A DNA stretch of 64,000 nt from Eledone cirrhosa (GCA_964016885.1 OZ024742.1:208568001-208632000); one strand, 5' to 3'; numbered from the stretch's first letter, positions 42,801 through 54,962 are shown. The notes: generated by a model not told the origin, from the letters alone. A program made the numbers and translations.

Positions 42801-42976
42801 TACCGTATTATTTACGAGTGAATCTCCTATATTAGAGGGGTCACTTCTTCTAAACTCATATCAAATTTAAAACTTGAAAAAAAGGTTATTAACGGTTGAA
42901 ATCGATGAATACTGTTGAGAAATAACTGGAGACGATAAGAAGCGTAGCTTCACCTTTAATAATAATTGTTTCTTCA

Positions 42977-43185
42977 ATAATAATAATAATAATAATAATA
43001 ATTGTTTCTACTTTTGGCACAAGGCCAGCAATTACCCAGTGCATTACTGCTACTTTATTTTATCGACCCCGTAAGGATGAAAGGTAAAGTTATCCTCGGC
43101 GAGATTTGAACTCAGATCATAAAGGTTCATATCTCTATGCTGCAAAGTATGGCGTCCGACCCTCCACCAATATTGTCAATCCACA
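42977..43185 (-). mobile_element. SINE family A with (ATT)n tail
   Basis: Full match to family A; aat repeats at 42977-43002. Confidence 0.85.
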
Positions 43186-43299
43186 ATAACGACAACTATA
43201 ATAACGGCTATAATAAAAAAAAATAAAAGGAAACAAAAGAAAAAAGAATAGAGTTCTGGTGTCGGAGAAGAGAGGGGAGAGTATTTGGGATTTGGGCCT

Positions 43300-44050
43300 A
43301 GGGCGAGTAGGCAGAAGAGCTGCGCCCCTCAGACAAGACAGCAAAAGCAATCTCGCAGACGATGGTCAGTGACACCCGCTGCAACAGCCACCCAACCTCG
43401 TGGGTCTCCTTCCTCAGACGGGCCGCCGACATTCCCCTCTTGCGGAGGTGCTCGGCAGTACGGGGTGCAAGTACGCCTGAGGTCTTGACAGCAACCGGTG
43501 TGAAGGGGGAGCGGCCGGACGAACCCCAGTATTTGTTTATTTTACGTTGTTTTGCGAGGCGGGTCACGATACCGAGGTTTCTGACCGAAGCGACTAATTT
43601 GGAGGCGAAGAACGTGTCGCAGCAGGTGGCGACCCCGAGGAAGGATCTTCCTCCTTCGAATGGGAATAGGTTGATTCCGTCGGGGCGCTTGCCATCTCTG
43701 CGGTCTAGGCCTGCTGGTTCCAGTTGAGATGGAAAACCAGTTACTCCTTCCCAATATAACGTTGAGGGCGCCGTCTCGGGGGAACCGGTATGGACTCTGG
43801 CGGCAAGACAGAAAGTGAAGGACGAACTTGTTAACAACCGCCCCGCAGCGGCATTTATGTGGCTCACACACGCGAAGGCCAAGAGCCTGTTCCATTTCAT
43901 TGGCCAGGTCAGATTCGGCCGTCTGGCCGAGAACTTCGCTTACGAGAGCTTGGGAGGAGGAGAGAGAAGAGAGGTAGACAGGTAAAGCTAGATCCGAAGC
44001 TGATCGGAGGCCGAGGCTACTGAACCTCACTGAGAGTATCGCCATTGCAG
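43300..44050 (-). pseudogene. CRE-like LINE C-terminal fragment (Zn knuckle plus REL endonuclease)
   Basis: GLRSASDLALPVYLSS, LGLRVCEPHKCRCG..H.LSC, EPAGLDRRDGKRPDG, KINKY, FTPVAV, WLLQRVSL. Confidence 0.8.
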
Positions 44051-44856
44051 TGTACAATAGAAACAATATAATACTGAAGTACATTTGAGAAGTTCAAAAG
44101 GACCAGTCGATAATGTAGTTTATCACGTGTCCAAATAGATTCTATGGAGAATAAGTATTTACCTACATCATCATTCGTCAAGCAAACACACACACACACA
44201 CACATGCAAACACAAACACAAACGCACAAACACTCAAACACCCTCATGCCGTTTCAACAGCTAGTTCCATTCTGGAACTGGCAGTTAAAAGGGCAAACGC
44301 TCAGCCATCGGGGTCCCGACTCTTGATAATATAACCATATTCTACTACCCCCAAGTATCGAGTACTCTGTTTAGTAATGGTTAACCAGTTTCAAACTGAA
44401 TCCATCCTGTTTTATGCATTCATATATATATACAAATATATGGTGTCAGGCAACATGCTGATCAGACGCGAGGTTTATTATCGGTCCTTGGTTCCGAGTC
44501 ATTAGTTCCGAGGACGACATCCCTTCATGTTGGGGCTAAACGCAGTTAAGGAATACGATGTAGAGAGAGGTGGCCAAATGTCGAGCGCCAGAGTTTCCCT
44601 TTCGTTCATAGGCATCTGTATTTCCTTGAAAAAAGAACTAATTTTGTATCATTTGTTTTAAATAACTAGAATAAACTCTCTTCAGCTACCACGACACAGT
44701 GAGAAAAACATACGCGCCCACATACATGGACAAACACACGTGTGTAAATATATATAATAGAACAAAGTACTGGAAGAAAAAAAAGAAAAATTCCAGAAAT
44801 ATAGGCGTTGCCATCAAAGTGAATAGAAAAAAGTTTGGCAAAAGAAAGAAAGACAT

Positions 44857-44906
<50 letters not shown>

Positions 44907-44958
44907 GCATTACATGCAGATATAAATACATATATATTTATATATATACATGTAATTT

Positions 44959-45014
<56 letters not shown>

Positions 45015-45574
45015 AAGAAAAAGAGAGAGAGATGGGGGTGAATAGTGACGGAGAAAAAGAGAGAGAGAGGATAAGAAAAATGTGAGTGAGAAATAGAAGT
45101 AAACAGGGGAATAGACGGGAAATTATTGTAAAAATGAGGTTTAGTTTTCTAGTGTCATGTTTGAGACTGTGTAAATAGCAATATGTATTACTGAGGCTGT
45201 TTGCCATAGATCAATTAAGGGAATGACACCGAAACACGAGCTTACATATACGTAAAATGGCAATGAGACACGCAGAGAGTAAAGAAAAAAAAAATCCAAA
45301 AGCACATTTCATGTCTTCACGAACGTTAGATATACATACATACATACACACAAGGGAAAATCAAGAATAAATAAGAGAGAATATGGTGAAAGTTATACCG
45401 TCAGAATTTCTTATTACACTATTTTGGGCTACTATAAAATGACAGTAAACACACGACATACTATATATATAGGGGGAGGGGCATATATGTACATTTAGAG
45501 TATATATATATGTATATATATATATATATATATAGACTTTAGATTTAGATATATGTATTTTCATATAAACGCTG

Positions 45575-45605
<31 letters not shown>

Positions 45606-45831
45606 TGTATATATAGATATATATATCCATATATGTATATATATATATTGTTATACTTTGGGAGGGTCATGTTGCCAATAAGAAACACACGCACCAGTTG
45701 TTTCACTTCAATTTATTATATATTTATAAATTTATAAATTTACAAATCTACAAATCTATAAATTTCTGGTTGGTTGGTTGGTTCCACAACCAGATAGTTG
45801 TTTATATATAGTCATAGTCCTTTCGTCACAC

Positions 45832-47119
45832 GATGGAAAAACATATGCCCAAGAGGAAAGAGCAGCCATTGGTGTTAGCATTGCAGGCGACATAGCTAAC
45901 TTATTCATGGTATGGTGGGACAGTAGACTTAAACTTAAACATAAAGAACAATTAGAAGACAGCTTAACCCTGATAATGTACTCCCGCTACGTAGATGATA
46001 TAAACGTCGTAGTTAAGACACCCCCACTAGAGAACAGTCAGGAACTAGAGAAAAACACAATGGAAAGCATCCAGCAAATAGCAAACTCCATCCACCAGAG
46101 CATTAGAGTTACTATAGACTACCCAAGTAGACACCCCAACCATCGATTACCTGTACAAGACACAGAGGTCTAGTTAGATACCATTAACAACCAAAAACAA
46201 ATCCTCCATTCCCACTATGCCAAACCCATGACTTCCAAACATCTGATCCACCGAAACTCGGCCATTTCGGACCATACCAAAATCAACATACTGATTGCGG
46301 ATTTGGTACGGGTGATGAGAAATGTGTCCCGCATGTGCAACCCCGAAGAACTAGAGAGACACATACAACACTTCATCCACCGTATGCAGTTCTCTGGCTA
46401 CAATCAGAGAGATAGAATCAGAGTGTATAGAGGAGCCAGAACCAAATGGGAAAAAAATGGTAAATAATGACATAAATGGGACCTGCTCCTTGTATAGGAG
46501 CAAATTTTGGAATAGAATAGAAAGAACTAGGAACAAGGCCAATAGAATAAACTCATGGTTTGATAGCAATAAATACCAGAGTGTAATGTTCATCGACACA
46601 ACCCCTAGAGGCGAACTAGCCTACAAATTTAGAAGGGCCCTAAATAAACATAAACTCAATATTAAGATAGTAGAAAGACCAGGTACCTCCGTAAAAACAC
46701 TTATTAGCAAGACATACCCGTTCCAAAGACCCTCATGTATAGATAAGAAATGTATAACCTGTAAAATAAGCCCCCATGTTAACTGTAAAACTAGAAATGT
46801 AGTGTATAGCATAAGATGTACTGAAGGACAATGTAGAAACAAAAATATAGTGTACATAAGGTGAGACAGCTCGTAGTATAGGGGAACGGATAAATGAACA
46901 CTGGCGAAACCTTCAAGATAATAAAGAATCATCTGTACTCTACCAACATGCTAAGATAGAACACAAGGGTAAATTAGAGAACATAGAAATAAAAATAGAA
47001 TCTACACACAGAAAAGATGCAATGTTTAGACAAATTACAGAGGCAATAAACATAAAAGAATTACAACCGAAATTAAATAGAAAATATGAGTGGAACAGCA
47101 ACATCACAACTTACAATTA
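45832..47119 (+). pseudogene. PLE reverse transcriptase/GIY-YIG ORF, broken by a stop (46171) and frameshifts (~46455, ~46860)
   Basis: ORF-track pieces 45778-46173, 46228-46467 and 46457-46864, plus a downstream frame. Confidence 0.85.
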
Positions 47120-47320
47120 AGGACAAAATGAAAACACACACACACATAGAACAAACAACCAATAACATGTAAATAAATAAACAAATAGATAAATGAACAC
47201 ACACACACACAGATACCCGGATGTGGAGCATGCGCAAACTGAGAACACAACACACACACAGAAACAAAATGGCGTAGGACAGAAGAAAGGAAAGGCACAG
47301 AAACAAAGAAAGGAATCCCC

Positions 47321-47365
47321 AGTCACTGAAGAGGTCACAGAGTGTGTGACGAAAGGGCTATGACT
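47321..47365 (+). ncRNA. Minimal type-I hammerhead ribozyme in the PLE pLTR
   Basis: agtca-CTGAAGA-g-gtcaca gagtg tgtgac-GAAA-gggc-TA-tgact; stem I 5 bp, stem II 6 bp, CUA triplet. Confidence 0.75.
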
Positions 47366-47656
47366 ATATATAAACAACTATCTGGTTGTGGAACCAACCA
47401 ACCAACCAGAAATTTATAGATTTGTAGATTTGTAAATTTATAAATTTATAAATATATAATAAATTGAAGTGAAAGCAACTGGTGCGTGTGTTTCTTATTG
47501 GCAACATGACCCTCCCAAAGTATAACAATATCGGTTTCAATACACGATTTCAGATAAAGAATCTTGCTAAACAAATTCAGAAACGAAATATATATATATA
47601 TATATATATATTAAAATACAAATATTAATAAAATATATGTTCTTTTGATCAATTAC

Positions 47657-47709
47657 ATTTTATTATACATATTTCAGAGGTACAACAGTACGTCCTCATC
47701 AGACAAAAT
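47657..47709 (-). ncRNA. Minimal type-I hammerhead ribozyme
   Basis: Minus strand: attttgt-CTGATGA-ggacgtac tgtt gtacctct-GAAA-tatgta-TA-ataaaat; stem I 7 bp (one G-U). Confidence 0.7.
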
Positions 47710-47809
47710 ATAATGATACATGACATGACAAAATATAATGATACATGACATACCCTGAGATGTTAAATGGTATAACTCTTTACAGTTTAACTCTTTAATA
47801 TATATATAT

Positions 47810-48029
47810 AAAGGAACGATCGACTTTCGTCAAATCGGACCGAGGGAATAATGTTTCCGTTGTTCTTTCCAATTGCTAATACTATCTATCGGTCGCAACT
47901 CCAAGTAGAAGGAGCAACGTGAAATAAAGTGTCTTGCTCAAGGACATAACGCATCGCCTGGTCCAGGAATCGAACTCACAACCTTACGATTGCGAATCCA
48001 ATTCTCTAACCACTCAGCCACACGCCTTC
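47810..48029 (-). mobile_element. tRNA-derived SINE family B (V/CORE-like middle)
   Basis: Minus strand: A-box tggctgagtgg, B-box gagttcgattcct, then tgtccttgagcaagacacttt. Confidence 0.75.
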
Positions 48030-48049
48030 ACACACATATATATATATAC

Positions 48050-48080
<31 letters not shown>

Positions 48081-48089
48081 CATATATAT

Positions 48090-48221
<132 letters not shown>

Positions 48222-48374
48222 ATAAATGCTCTGAAATAGCGATATATATGTGAATATAGACATAGAATATTCGAAAATATTCTGTATGTTTATAATAAAC
48301 ATTTTGAAGACCTAATCGCTATAGAATAGAATACGTCACGTATTACAATTAGATTCTCGATAAAAGCAAGGGAA

Positions 48375-48417
48375 GTAATCTACGCGTTTCATTCTTGTTA
48401 GAAATCATCAGGACTAC
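48375..48417 (-). ncRNA. Array hammerhead, minus-strand copy (second copy 48685-48727)
   Basis: Reverse complement of the 49196-49238 motif. Confidence 0.8.
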
Positions 48418-49195
48418 ATATCCAGTGCTTTTATCGAGAATGACACAGCTAGAGACTTATAGAATACTTAGCTGTGTACAGGAACTGGTTTGAAAGAGCG
48501 GTTGCCGGTCCGGCAGAAATTAGAAATTGGAATAAATGCTCTGAAATAGCGATATATATGTGAATATAGACATAGAATATTCGAAAATATTCTGTATGTT
48601 TATAATAAACATTTTGAAGACCTAATCGCTATAGAATAGAATACGTCACGTATTACAATTAGATTCTCGATAAAAGCAAGGGAAGTAATCTACGCGTTTC
48701 ATTCTTGTTAGAAATCATCAGGACTACATATCCAGTGCTTTTATCGAGAATGACACAGCTAGAGACTTATAGAATACTTAGCTGTGTACAGGAACTGGTT
48801 TGAAAGAGCGGTTGCCGGTCCGGCAGAAATTAGAAATTGGAATAAATGCTCTGAAATAGCGATATATATGTGAATATAGACATAGAATATTCGAAAATAT
48901 TCTGTATGTTTATAATAAACATTTTGAAGACCTAATCGCTATAGAATAGAATACGTCACGTATTACACGTATTCTATTCTATAGCGATTAGGTCTTCAAA
49001 ATGTTTATTATAAACATACAGAATATTTTCGAATATTCTATGTCTATATTCACATATATATCGCTATTTCAGAGCATTTATTCCAATTTCTAATTTCTGC
49101 CGGACCGGCAACCGCTCTTTCAAACCAGTTCCTGTACACAGCTAAGTATTCTATAAGTCTCTAGCTGTGTCATTCTCGATAAAAGCACTGGATAT

Positions 49196-49238
49196 GTAGT
49201 CCTGATGATTTCTAACAAGAATGAAACGCGTAGATTAC
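49196..49238 (+). ncRNA. Array type-I hammerhead ribozyme (first of 7 plus-strand copies, spaced 310 bp)
   Basis: gtagtc-CTGATGA-t ttct aaca agaa t-GAAA-cgcg-TA-gattac; stem I 6 bp, extended by a perfect 16-bp helix (49172-49187/49245-49260); palindromic stem III acgcgt; GUA cleavage triplet ending at 49232. Confidence 0.85.
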
Positions 49239-51218
49239 TTCCCTTGCTTTTATCGAGAATCTAATTGTAATACGTGACGTATTCTATTCTATAGCGATTA
49301 GGTCTTCAAAATGTTTATTATAAACATACAGAATATTTTCGAATATTCTATGTCTATATTCACATATATATCGCTATTTCAGAGCATTTATTCCAATTTC
49401 TAATTTCTGCCGGGCCGGCAACCGCTCTTTCAAACCAGTTCCTGTACACAGCTAAGTATTCTATAAGTCTCTAGCTGTGTCATTCTCGATAAAAGCACTG
49501 GATATGTAGTCCTGATGATTTCTAACAAGAATGAAACGCGTAGATTACTTCCCTTGCTTTTATCGAGAATCTAATTGTAATACGTGACGTATTCTATTCT
49601 ATAGCGATTAGGTCTTCAAAATGTTTATTATAAACATACAGAATATTTTCGAATATTCTATGTCTATATTCACATATATATCGCTATTTCAGAGCATTTA
49701 TTCCAATTTCTAATTTCTGCCGGACCGGCAACCGTTCTTTCAAACCAGTTCCTGTACACAGCTAAGTATTCTATAAGTCTCTAGCTGTGTCATTCTCGAT
49801 AAAAGCACTGGATATGTAGTCCTGATGATTTCTAACAAGAATGAAACGCGTAGATTACTTCCCTTGCTTTTATCGAGAATCTAATTGTAATACGTGACGT
49901 ATTCTATTCTATAGCGATTAGGTCTTCAAAATGTTTATTATAAACATACAGAATATTTTCGAATATTCTATGTCTATATTCACATATATATCGCTATTTC
50001 AGAGCATTTATTCCAATTTCTAATTTCTGCCGGACCGGCAACCGCTCTTTCAAACCAGTTCCTGTACACAGCTAAGTATTCTATAAGTCTCTAGCTGTGT
50101 CATTCTCGATAAAAGCACTGGATATGTAGTCCTGATGATTTCTAACAAGAATGAAACGCGTAGATTACTTCCCTTGCTTTTATCGAGAATCTAATTGTAA
50201 TACGTGACGTATTCTATTCTATAGCGATTAGGTCTTCAAAATGTTTATTATAAACATACAGAATATTTTCGAATATTCTATGTCTATATTCACATATATA
50301 TCGCTATTTCAGAGCATTTATTCCAATTTCTAATTTCTGCCGGACCGGCAACCGCTCTTTCAAACCAGTTCCTGTACACAGCTAAGTATTCTATAAGTCT
50401 CTAGCTGTGTCATTCTCGATAAAAGCACTGGATATGTAGTCCTGATGATTTCTAACAAGAATGAAACGCGTAGATTACTTCCCTTGCTTTTATCGAGAAT
50501 CTAATTGTAATACGTGACGTATTCTATTCTATAGCGATTAGGTCTTCAAAATGTTTATTATAAACATACAGAATATTTTCGAATATTCTATGTCTATATT
50601 CACATATATATCGCTATTTCAGAGCATTTATTCCAATTTCTAATTTCTGCCGGACCGGCAACCGCTCTTTCAAACCAGTTCCTGTACACAGCTAAGTATT
50701 CTATAAGTCTCTAGCTGTGTCATTCTCGATAAAAGCACTGGATATGTAGTCCTGATGATTTCTAACAAGAATGAAACGCGTAGATTACTTCCCTTGCTTT
50801 TATCGAGAATCTAATTGTAATACGTGACGTATTCTATTCTATAGCGATTAGGTCTTCAAAATGTTTATTATAAACATACAGAATATTTTCGAATATTCTA
50901 TGTCTATATTCACATATATATCGCTATTTCAGAGCATTTATTCCAATTTCTAATTTCTGCCGGACCGGCAACCGCTCTTTCAAACCAGTTCCTGTACACA
51001 GCTAAGTATTCTATAAGTCTCTAGCTGTGTCATTCTCGATAAAAGCACTGGATATGTAGTCCTGATGATTTCTAACAAGAATGAAACGCGTAGATTACTT
51101 CCCTTGCTTTTATCGAGAATCTAATTGTAATACGTGACGTATTCTATTCTATAGCGATTAGGTCTTCAAAATGTTTATTATAAACATACAGAATATTTTC
51201 GAATATTCTATGTCTATA

Positions 51219-51253
<35 letters not shown>

Positions 51254-51255
<2 letters not shown>

Positions 51256-52348
51256 AAGGCGGGTAAAATTCCCGAGATCCATGGACGAGTTCTCTCCAGC
51301 GGTCTCTGTCCCTCATTATCGCTGCCATGTCCTGCATCTCCAACAGACCAGTGTCTGTCCTTAGGGCATCAACATACGTTAACCTTGGTCTTCCTCTTCT
51401 AGTGTGTCCATGTAGAGGCTCCCAAAGGAGCACTGAGTGCAATGTCAACTCTGGATGTCGGTGAGCATGTCCAGCCAACCTCAGTCTCCTCTGTGTCACT
51501 TTTGAGCTGACTTTTGGGATGCTCCCATACAGCTCTGAGTGTTTCATCCTCAGTGTATACTGATTAATGTTCAGAGCTATCCTCAGCATTCTCGTGTAGT
51601 ACTCATCCATCATCTGAGTGAGTTTCTTGGTCAGTGTCCAAGTCTCAGACCCATACAGCAGCACAGACTCCACTACAGCAATGAAGAGGCGGATTTTCAG
51701 GTCTCTACGAAGGTCCGACTTCCACACCGATCTCAAGCTGTGGCACGCCGCCCAGGCCTTGCTCTTCCTCTCAACCACATCATCTTCCGTATTCCCAATC
51801 CTTGCTCCCAAATACAGGAAGTCCTCAACCAATTCCAGCGGCTTCCCGCCTACATTAGTGATCCCCTCTGGCTTCTCAACATTCTGTACCAGATATTTTG
51901 TTTTAGTCTCATTCATTCTCAGCCCCACACTCATCGACACAGTCTCAACCTCCCGCATCAAATCCTCTGCCTCCTTCACTGTATTTGTCACCAAAACTAT
52001 GTCGTCGGCAAATTCAGCATCCGATACCTTTTTCGCCCTAACTCTTCTGCTCTGAGCCGGTGCTACAGTAAAGCCAGAGTCCTGGTGTTTCTCCAGTGCA
52101 AGGCGCATACAATAGTCCACTACGATGATAAAAAGATAGGGAGCCAATGTATCTCCCTGGAGCACTCCAGCCAGTATCTCAAAGAACTCTGTCATCCCAT
52201 CAGGTGTAATGACTTGGGTTTTGGTGTTGGTGTAGAGCAGTGATATCAGGTCCACTATCCTCTTGGGGATTCCATAAGCCTGTAAGATCTTCATCAGGCA
52301 GTAACGGTCCACAGAATCAAAGGCCTTCCTAAAGTCAATGAAAACCAT
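51254..52348 (-). CDS. RTE ORF C-terminal part (RT core), frameshifted from the upstream part
   Basis: FIDFRKAFDSV, GVLQGDTLAPYLF, EFADD, FLYLG, ESVLLYGSETW, RRGRP; 364 aa open. Confidence 0.85.
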
Positions 52349-54186
52349 GACCGCAGGAAGACACTTTGCTCTAATATCCTCCTCAGCATCAGGATGTGAC
52401 TGGTGGTTGATCTACCCTCTCTGAAGCCGTTCTGGTTGTCCCTGAGCTTCTTCTCCATCTCAGGCTGGATCCTGTTAAGAATCATCCTGTTGAGGGTCTT
52501 TGCCACAAGTGACGTCAGTGAGATCCCCCGGTAGTTGTTGGTGTTAGAGAGATCTCCCTTCTTTGGCACTGGGACGATGTTACTGATCCTCCACTGATTC
52601 GGGGCAACTCCTTTCTCCAGTGCCCCGTTACAGAACCCCAGGATGATATCATCAAAATCACACCTCTTCATCACCTCTGATGCCACTCCATCTTCTCCAT
52701 GAGCCTTGCCCTCCTTGATACTCTTCTTGGCTCTCTGAAGCTCCTCTCTGGTGAAGGGCTCTGTCTCAACATCCATTTCCTCAAACAGCCGCCTGATCTC
52801 CCCAGTGCTCTGGGCTGTGGAGTGTGGCTCTCCTAGTAGGGTCCTAAAATGGTCTAGCCATTTCCTCTTCCTATCCTCGGGCCCCGTTCCCTGGATCTCA
52901 CTCGAACACCTTCTCTTCCTCCCTGTGATCTCGTTGATGATCATCCAGCTCTCCTTACATCCAGATCTGTCAACCGCTCTCTCCACACTTCTGATCTTCT
53001 CTATCAGTGCCTCCTCTCTGACCTCAGTGTAAGCGGTACAGAGCTCTTCCCTCATCACCTCCACAGTCTCCATCCTCTCCTCCGTAGGATCAGCATAGAA
53101 TTGGTCCCTGGCAGCTTTCAGGTGTTCTCTGGCTGCACACACTTTTGGGTTTGCAGAGCTGACGTGCTTCCCTTTATTCTTTTTCCTCGGCACCAGGGCT
53201 TCACTTGCTTCCTCCACTGCATTGGTAAAGTGCTCGTACCTCCTCGTCACACTCTCCTCAGTCCATCCAATCTCTCTCTCCTCTGACTCTCCACACAGAT
53301 CACTAAACCTGTTTCTCACTTCCACTGTGAACCTCTCCTGTAGCTTATCATCTTCCTTGAAAGCTCCCCAGTCATAGATTGTTCTCCGGGGCTGAGCCTT
53401 GCTCTTTCTTAAGCTCACGCGGACCTCACTCATAACAAGCCGGTGGTCACTACCCAGTGTACTGAAATAGCTGTATGGTTCCGTGTTCAGAACACTATTC
53501 CGCCACTTTTTCCTCACCAGAATGAAATCAATCTGGGACTTGGACAGGTGCATATCTGAGATGTAGGTCCACATCTTCCCCAGATTCTTCCTAAACCTTA
53601 GGTTGGTCGCCATCAAGTTCGCCTCCAGCAGGGTGTCTCTCAGTAGTCTTCCATTTCGGTTGGTGTTGTTATGGAAGTACCAGCAATGATCTTCACTGCC
53701 CTCCTTACTCAGGTGTGCATTGAAGTCCCCCAAAACAAGCAGGATATTGTGTGCTTGAGTGGTGTTGACAGCTCTACACACCTCCTCATGGAACGCTTCC
53801 GCATTCACATCGCTGTCCCCCTCGGTTGGACTATAGGCTGAGATGACTGTCAGTCTTGGGTTTCCATTGAAGGTCACCCTCAACACTCGCGGGGAGATAG
53901 GCATTATTTCCCTCACCAACAGACTGGTTTTTGCACTGAACACAAAACCCACTCCTCCTACTGCAGCATTTGTTGTGTTCTTCACTGCCGATGTAGTGAT
54001 GAGCTGGCTCTTCTTCCCAATCATGACACTCCTCACGGGTTCATCGTGTAGAATCCTGTGTTCTTGGATCGCAAGTATCTGTATACCACTCTCCTCGAAC
54101 AGATGTCCCAACTCCTCTCTCTTCTCCAGCGTCCGAATAGTCCTCACATTCAAAGTGCCCATTTTGATGGATCTTCTGCAGGACAA
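52294..54186 (-). CDS. RTE ORF N-terminal part (APE endonuclease plus RT N-terminus)
   Basis: GTLNVRT, AIQEHR, SAYSPT, GDFNAH, SQIDFIL, SDHRL, VPKKGDL, YRGISL, QNGFR; 630 aa open, authentic frame ends ~52370. Confidence 0.85.
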   Translation of the reverse strand: MSCRRSIKMGTLNVRTIRTLEKREELGHLFEESGIQILAIQEHRILHDEPVRSVMIGKKSQLITTSAVKNTTNAAVGGVGFVFSAKTSLLVREIMPISPRVLRVTFNGNPRLTVISAYSPTEGDSDVNAEAFHEEVCRAVNTTQAHNILLVLGDFNAHLSKEGSEDHCWYFHNNTNRNGRLLRDTLLEANLMATNLRFRKNLGKMWTYISDMHLSKSQIDFILVRKKWRNSVLNTEPYSYFSTLGSDHRLVMSEVRVSLRKSKAQPRRTIYDWGAFKEDDKLQERFTVEVRNRFSDLCGESEEREIGWTEESVTRRYEHFTNAVEEASEALVPRKKNKGKHVSSANPKVCAAREHLKAARDQFYADPTEERMETVEVMREELCTAYTEVREEALIEKIRSVERAVDRSGCKESWMIINEITGRKRRCSSEIQGTGPEDRKRKWLDHFRTLLGEPHSTAQSTGEIRRLFEEMDVETEPFTREELQRAKKSIKEGKAHGEDGVASEVMKRCDFDDIILGFCNGALEKGVAPNQWRISNIVPVPKKGDLSNTNNYRGISLTSLVAKTLNRMILNRIQPEMEKKLRDNQNGFREGRSTTSHILMLRRILEQSVFLRSWFSLTLGRPLILWTVTA

Positions 54187-54467
54187 AACTGCATTCTTTA
54201 TATTTGACAGTGTAATTAGGGGCTCTAACCCTAGTGCTGTTAGATCGACTCTCCATATTTCTTTTCAATGGCTGACAATACCTTACCGGCGCCACTCGAA
54301 TAAGGTAGTTATTTAACCCATAAATGGAGCCCTAACAGGTACTACCACCCCGGGCCAGGGTAGACCTGGGAGTCATGACAACTAAGGGGTAACTCCACAT
54401 TCCCCACATCTCCTGAACTCCCGAACTGGAGCCTTGCCACTGGATGTAGTTTAATGTCATACCCAGG

Positions 54468-54509
<42 letters not shown>

Positions 54510-54514
<5 letters not shown>

Positions 54515-54935
54515 CAGCGAGGTTTTTTATATGAAATCGTGTGTCGAAACAAATATTGTTATACTTGGGGAGGGTCATATTTGTGTAATATTGCCAGAAT
54601 TAATAACAGAATACACTCACTATAGACAGACTGAATAAAAAATGGCGTAGACATACAACACAACAGGAGGAAAAAATATAACACCACTGACGATGTTGCA
54701 GATGTGCAACGAAAGATTTATGTAAATTATGTAAACTATATATATGTGTTTGTGTCTATATTGTATCTGTCTTATTTTTGACCGTCGGTCAGTCAAGGCA
54801 ACATTGAGGACCGATTAAGTTAGATCGCAGATATAAAAGACAGCGAGAAGCGAAAACCAACCAAACAGTGAGTGTGTTCTGTTATTAATTCTGGCAATAT
54901 TACACAAATATGACCCTCCCCAAGTATAACAATAT
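54510..54935. mobile_element. Non-coding PLE-derived element: ~68-bp inverted ends plus degenerate hammerhead
   Basis: 54552-54621 inverted at 54867-54935; shares atgaccctccc.aagtataacaatat..acacgatttca with 47506-47560; CTGACGA-t-gttgca gatg tgcaac-GAAA-gatt-TA at 54687-54720. Confidence 0.7.
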
Positions 54936-54962
54936 ATATATATATAAACTCAAAATCTCTCT

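Larger units (their letters stand above)
45645..47588 (+). mobile_element. 5'-truncated Penelope-like element with inverted pLTR
   Basis: RT: AIGVSIAGDIANLFM..YSRYVDD, YAKPM; GIY-YIG: NCKTRNVVYSIRC...YI/GETAR..ERINEH...RQITEAINI..LNRKYEW; 45645-45831 is an inverted copy of 47344-47531. Confidence 0.9.
51254..54471 (-). mobile_element. Young, nearly intact RTE-clade LINE inserted in (TA)n
   Basis: Single APE-RT polyprotein split once; ~280-nt 5' leader; TA tracts on both sides. Confidence 0.9.

Noticed and set aside
42792-42959. TTAA-flanked Kolobok-like MITE
   Set aside because: Terminal match is only ~4 nt, and the left part resembles the LINE 5' UTR
51539-52243. 234-aa plus-strand ORF
   Set aside because: Antisense shadow of the RTE RT; no motifs
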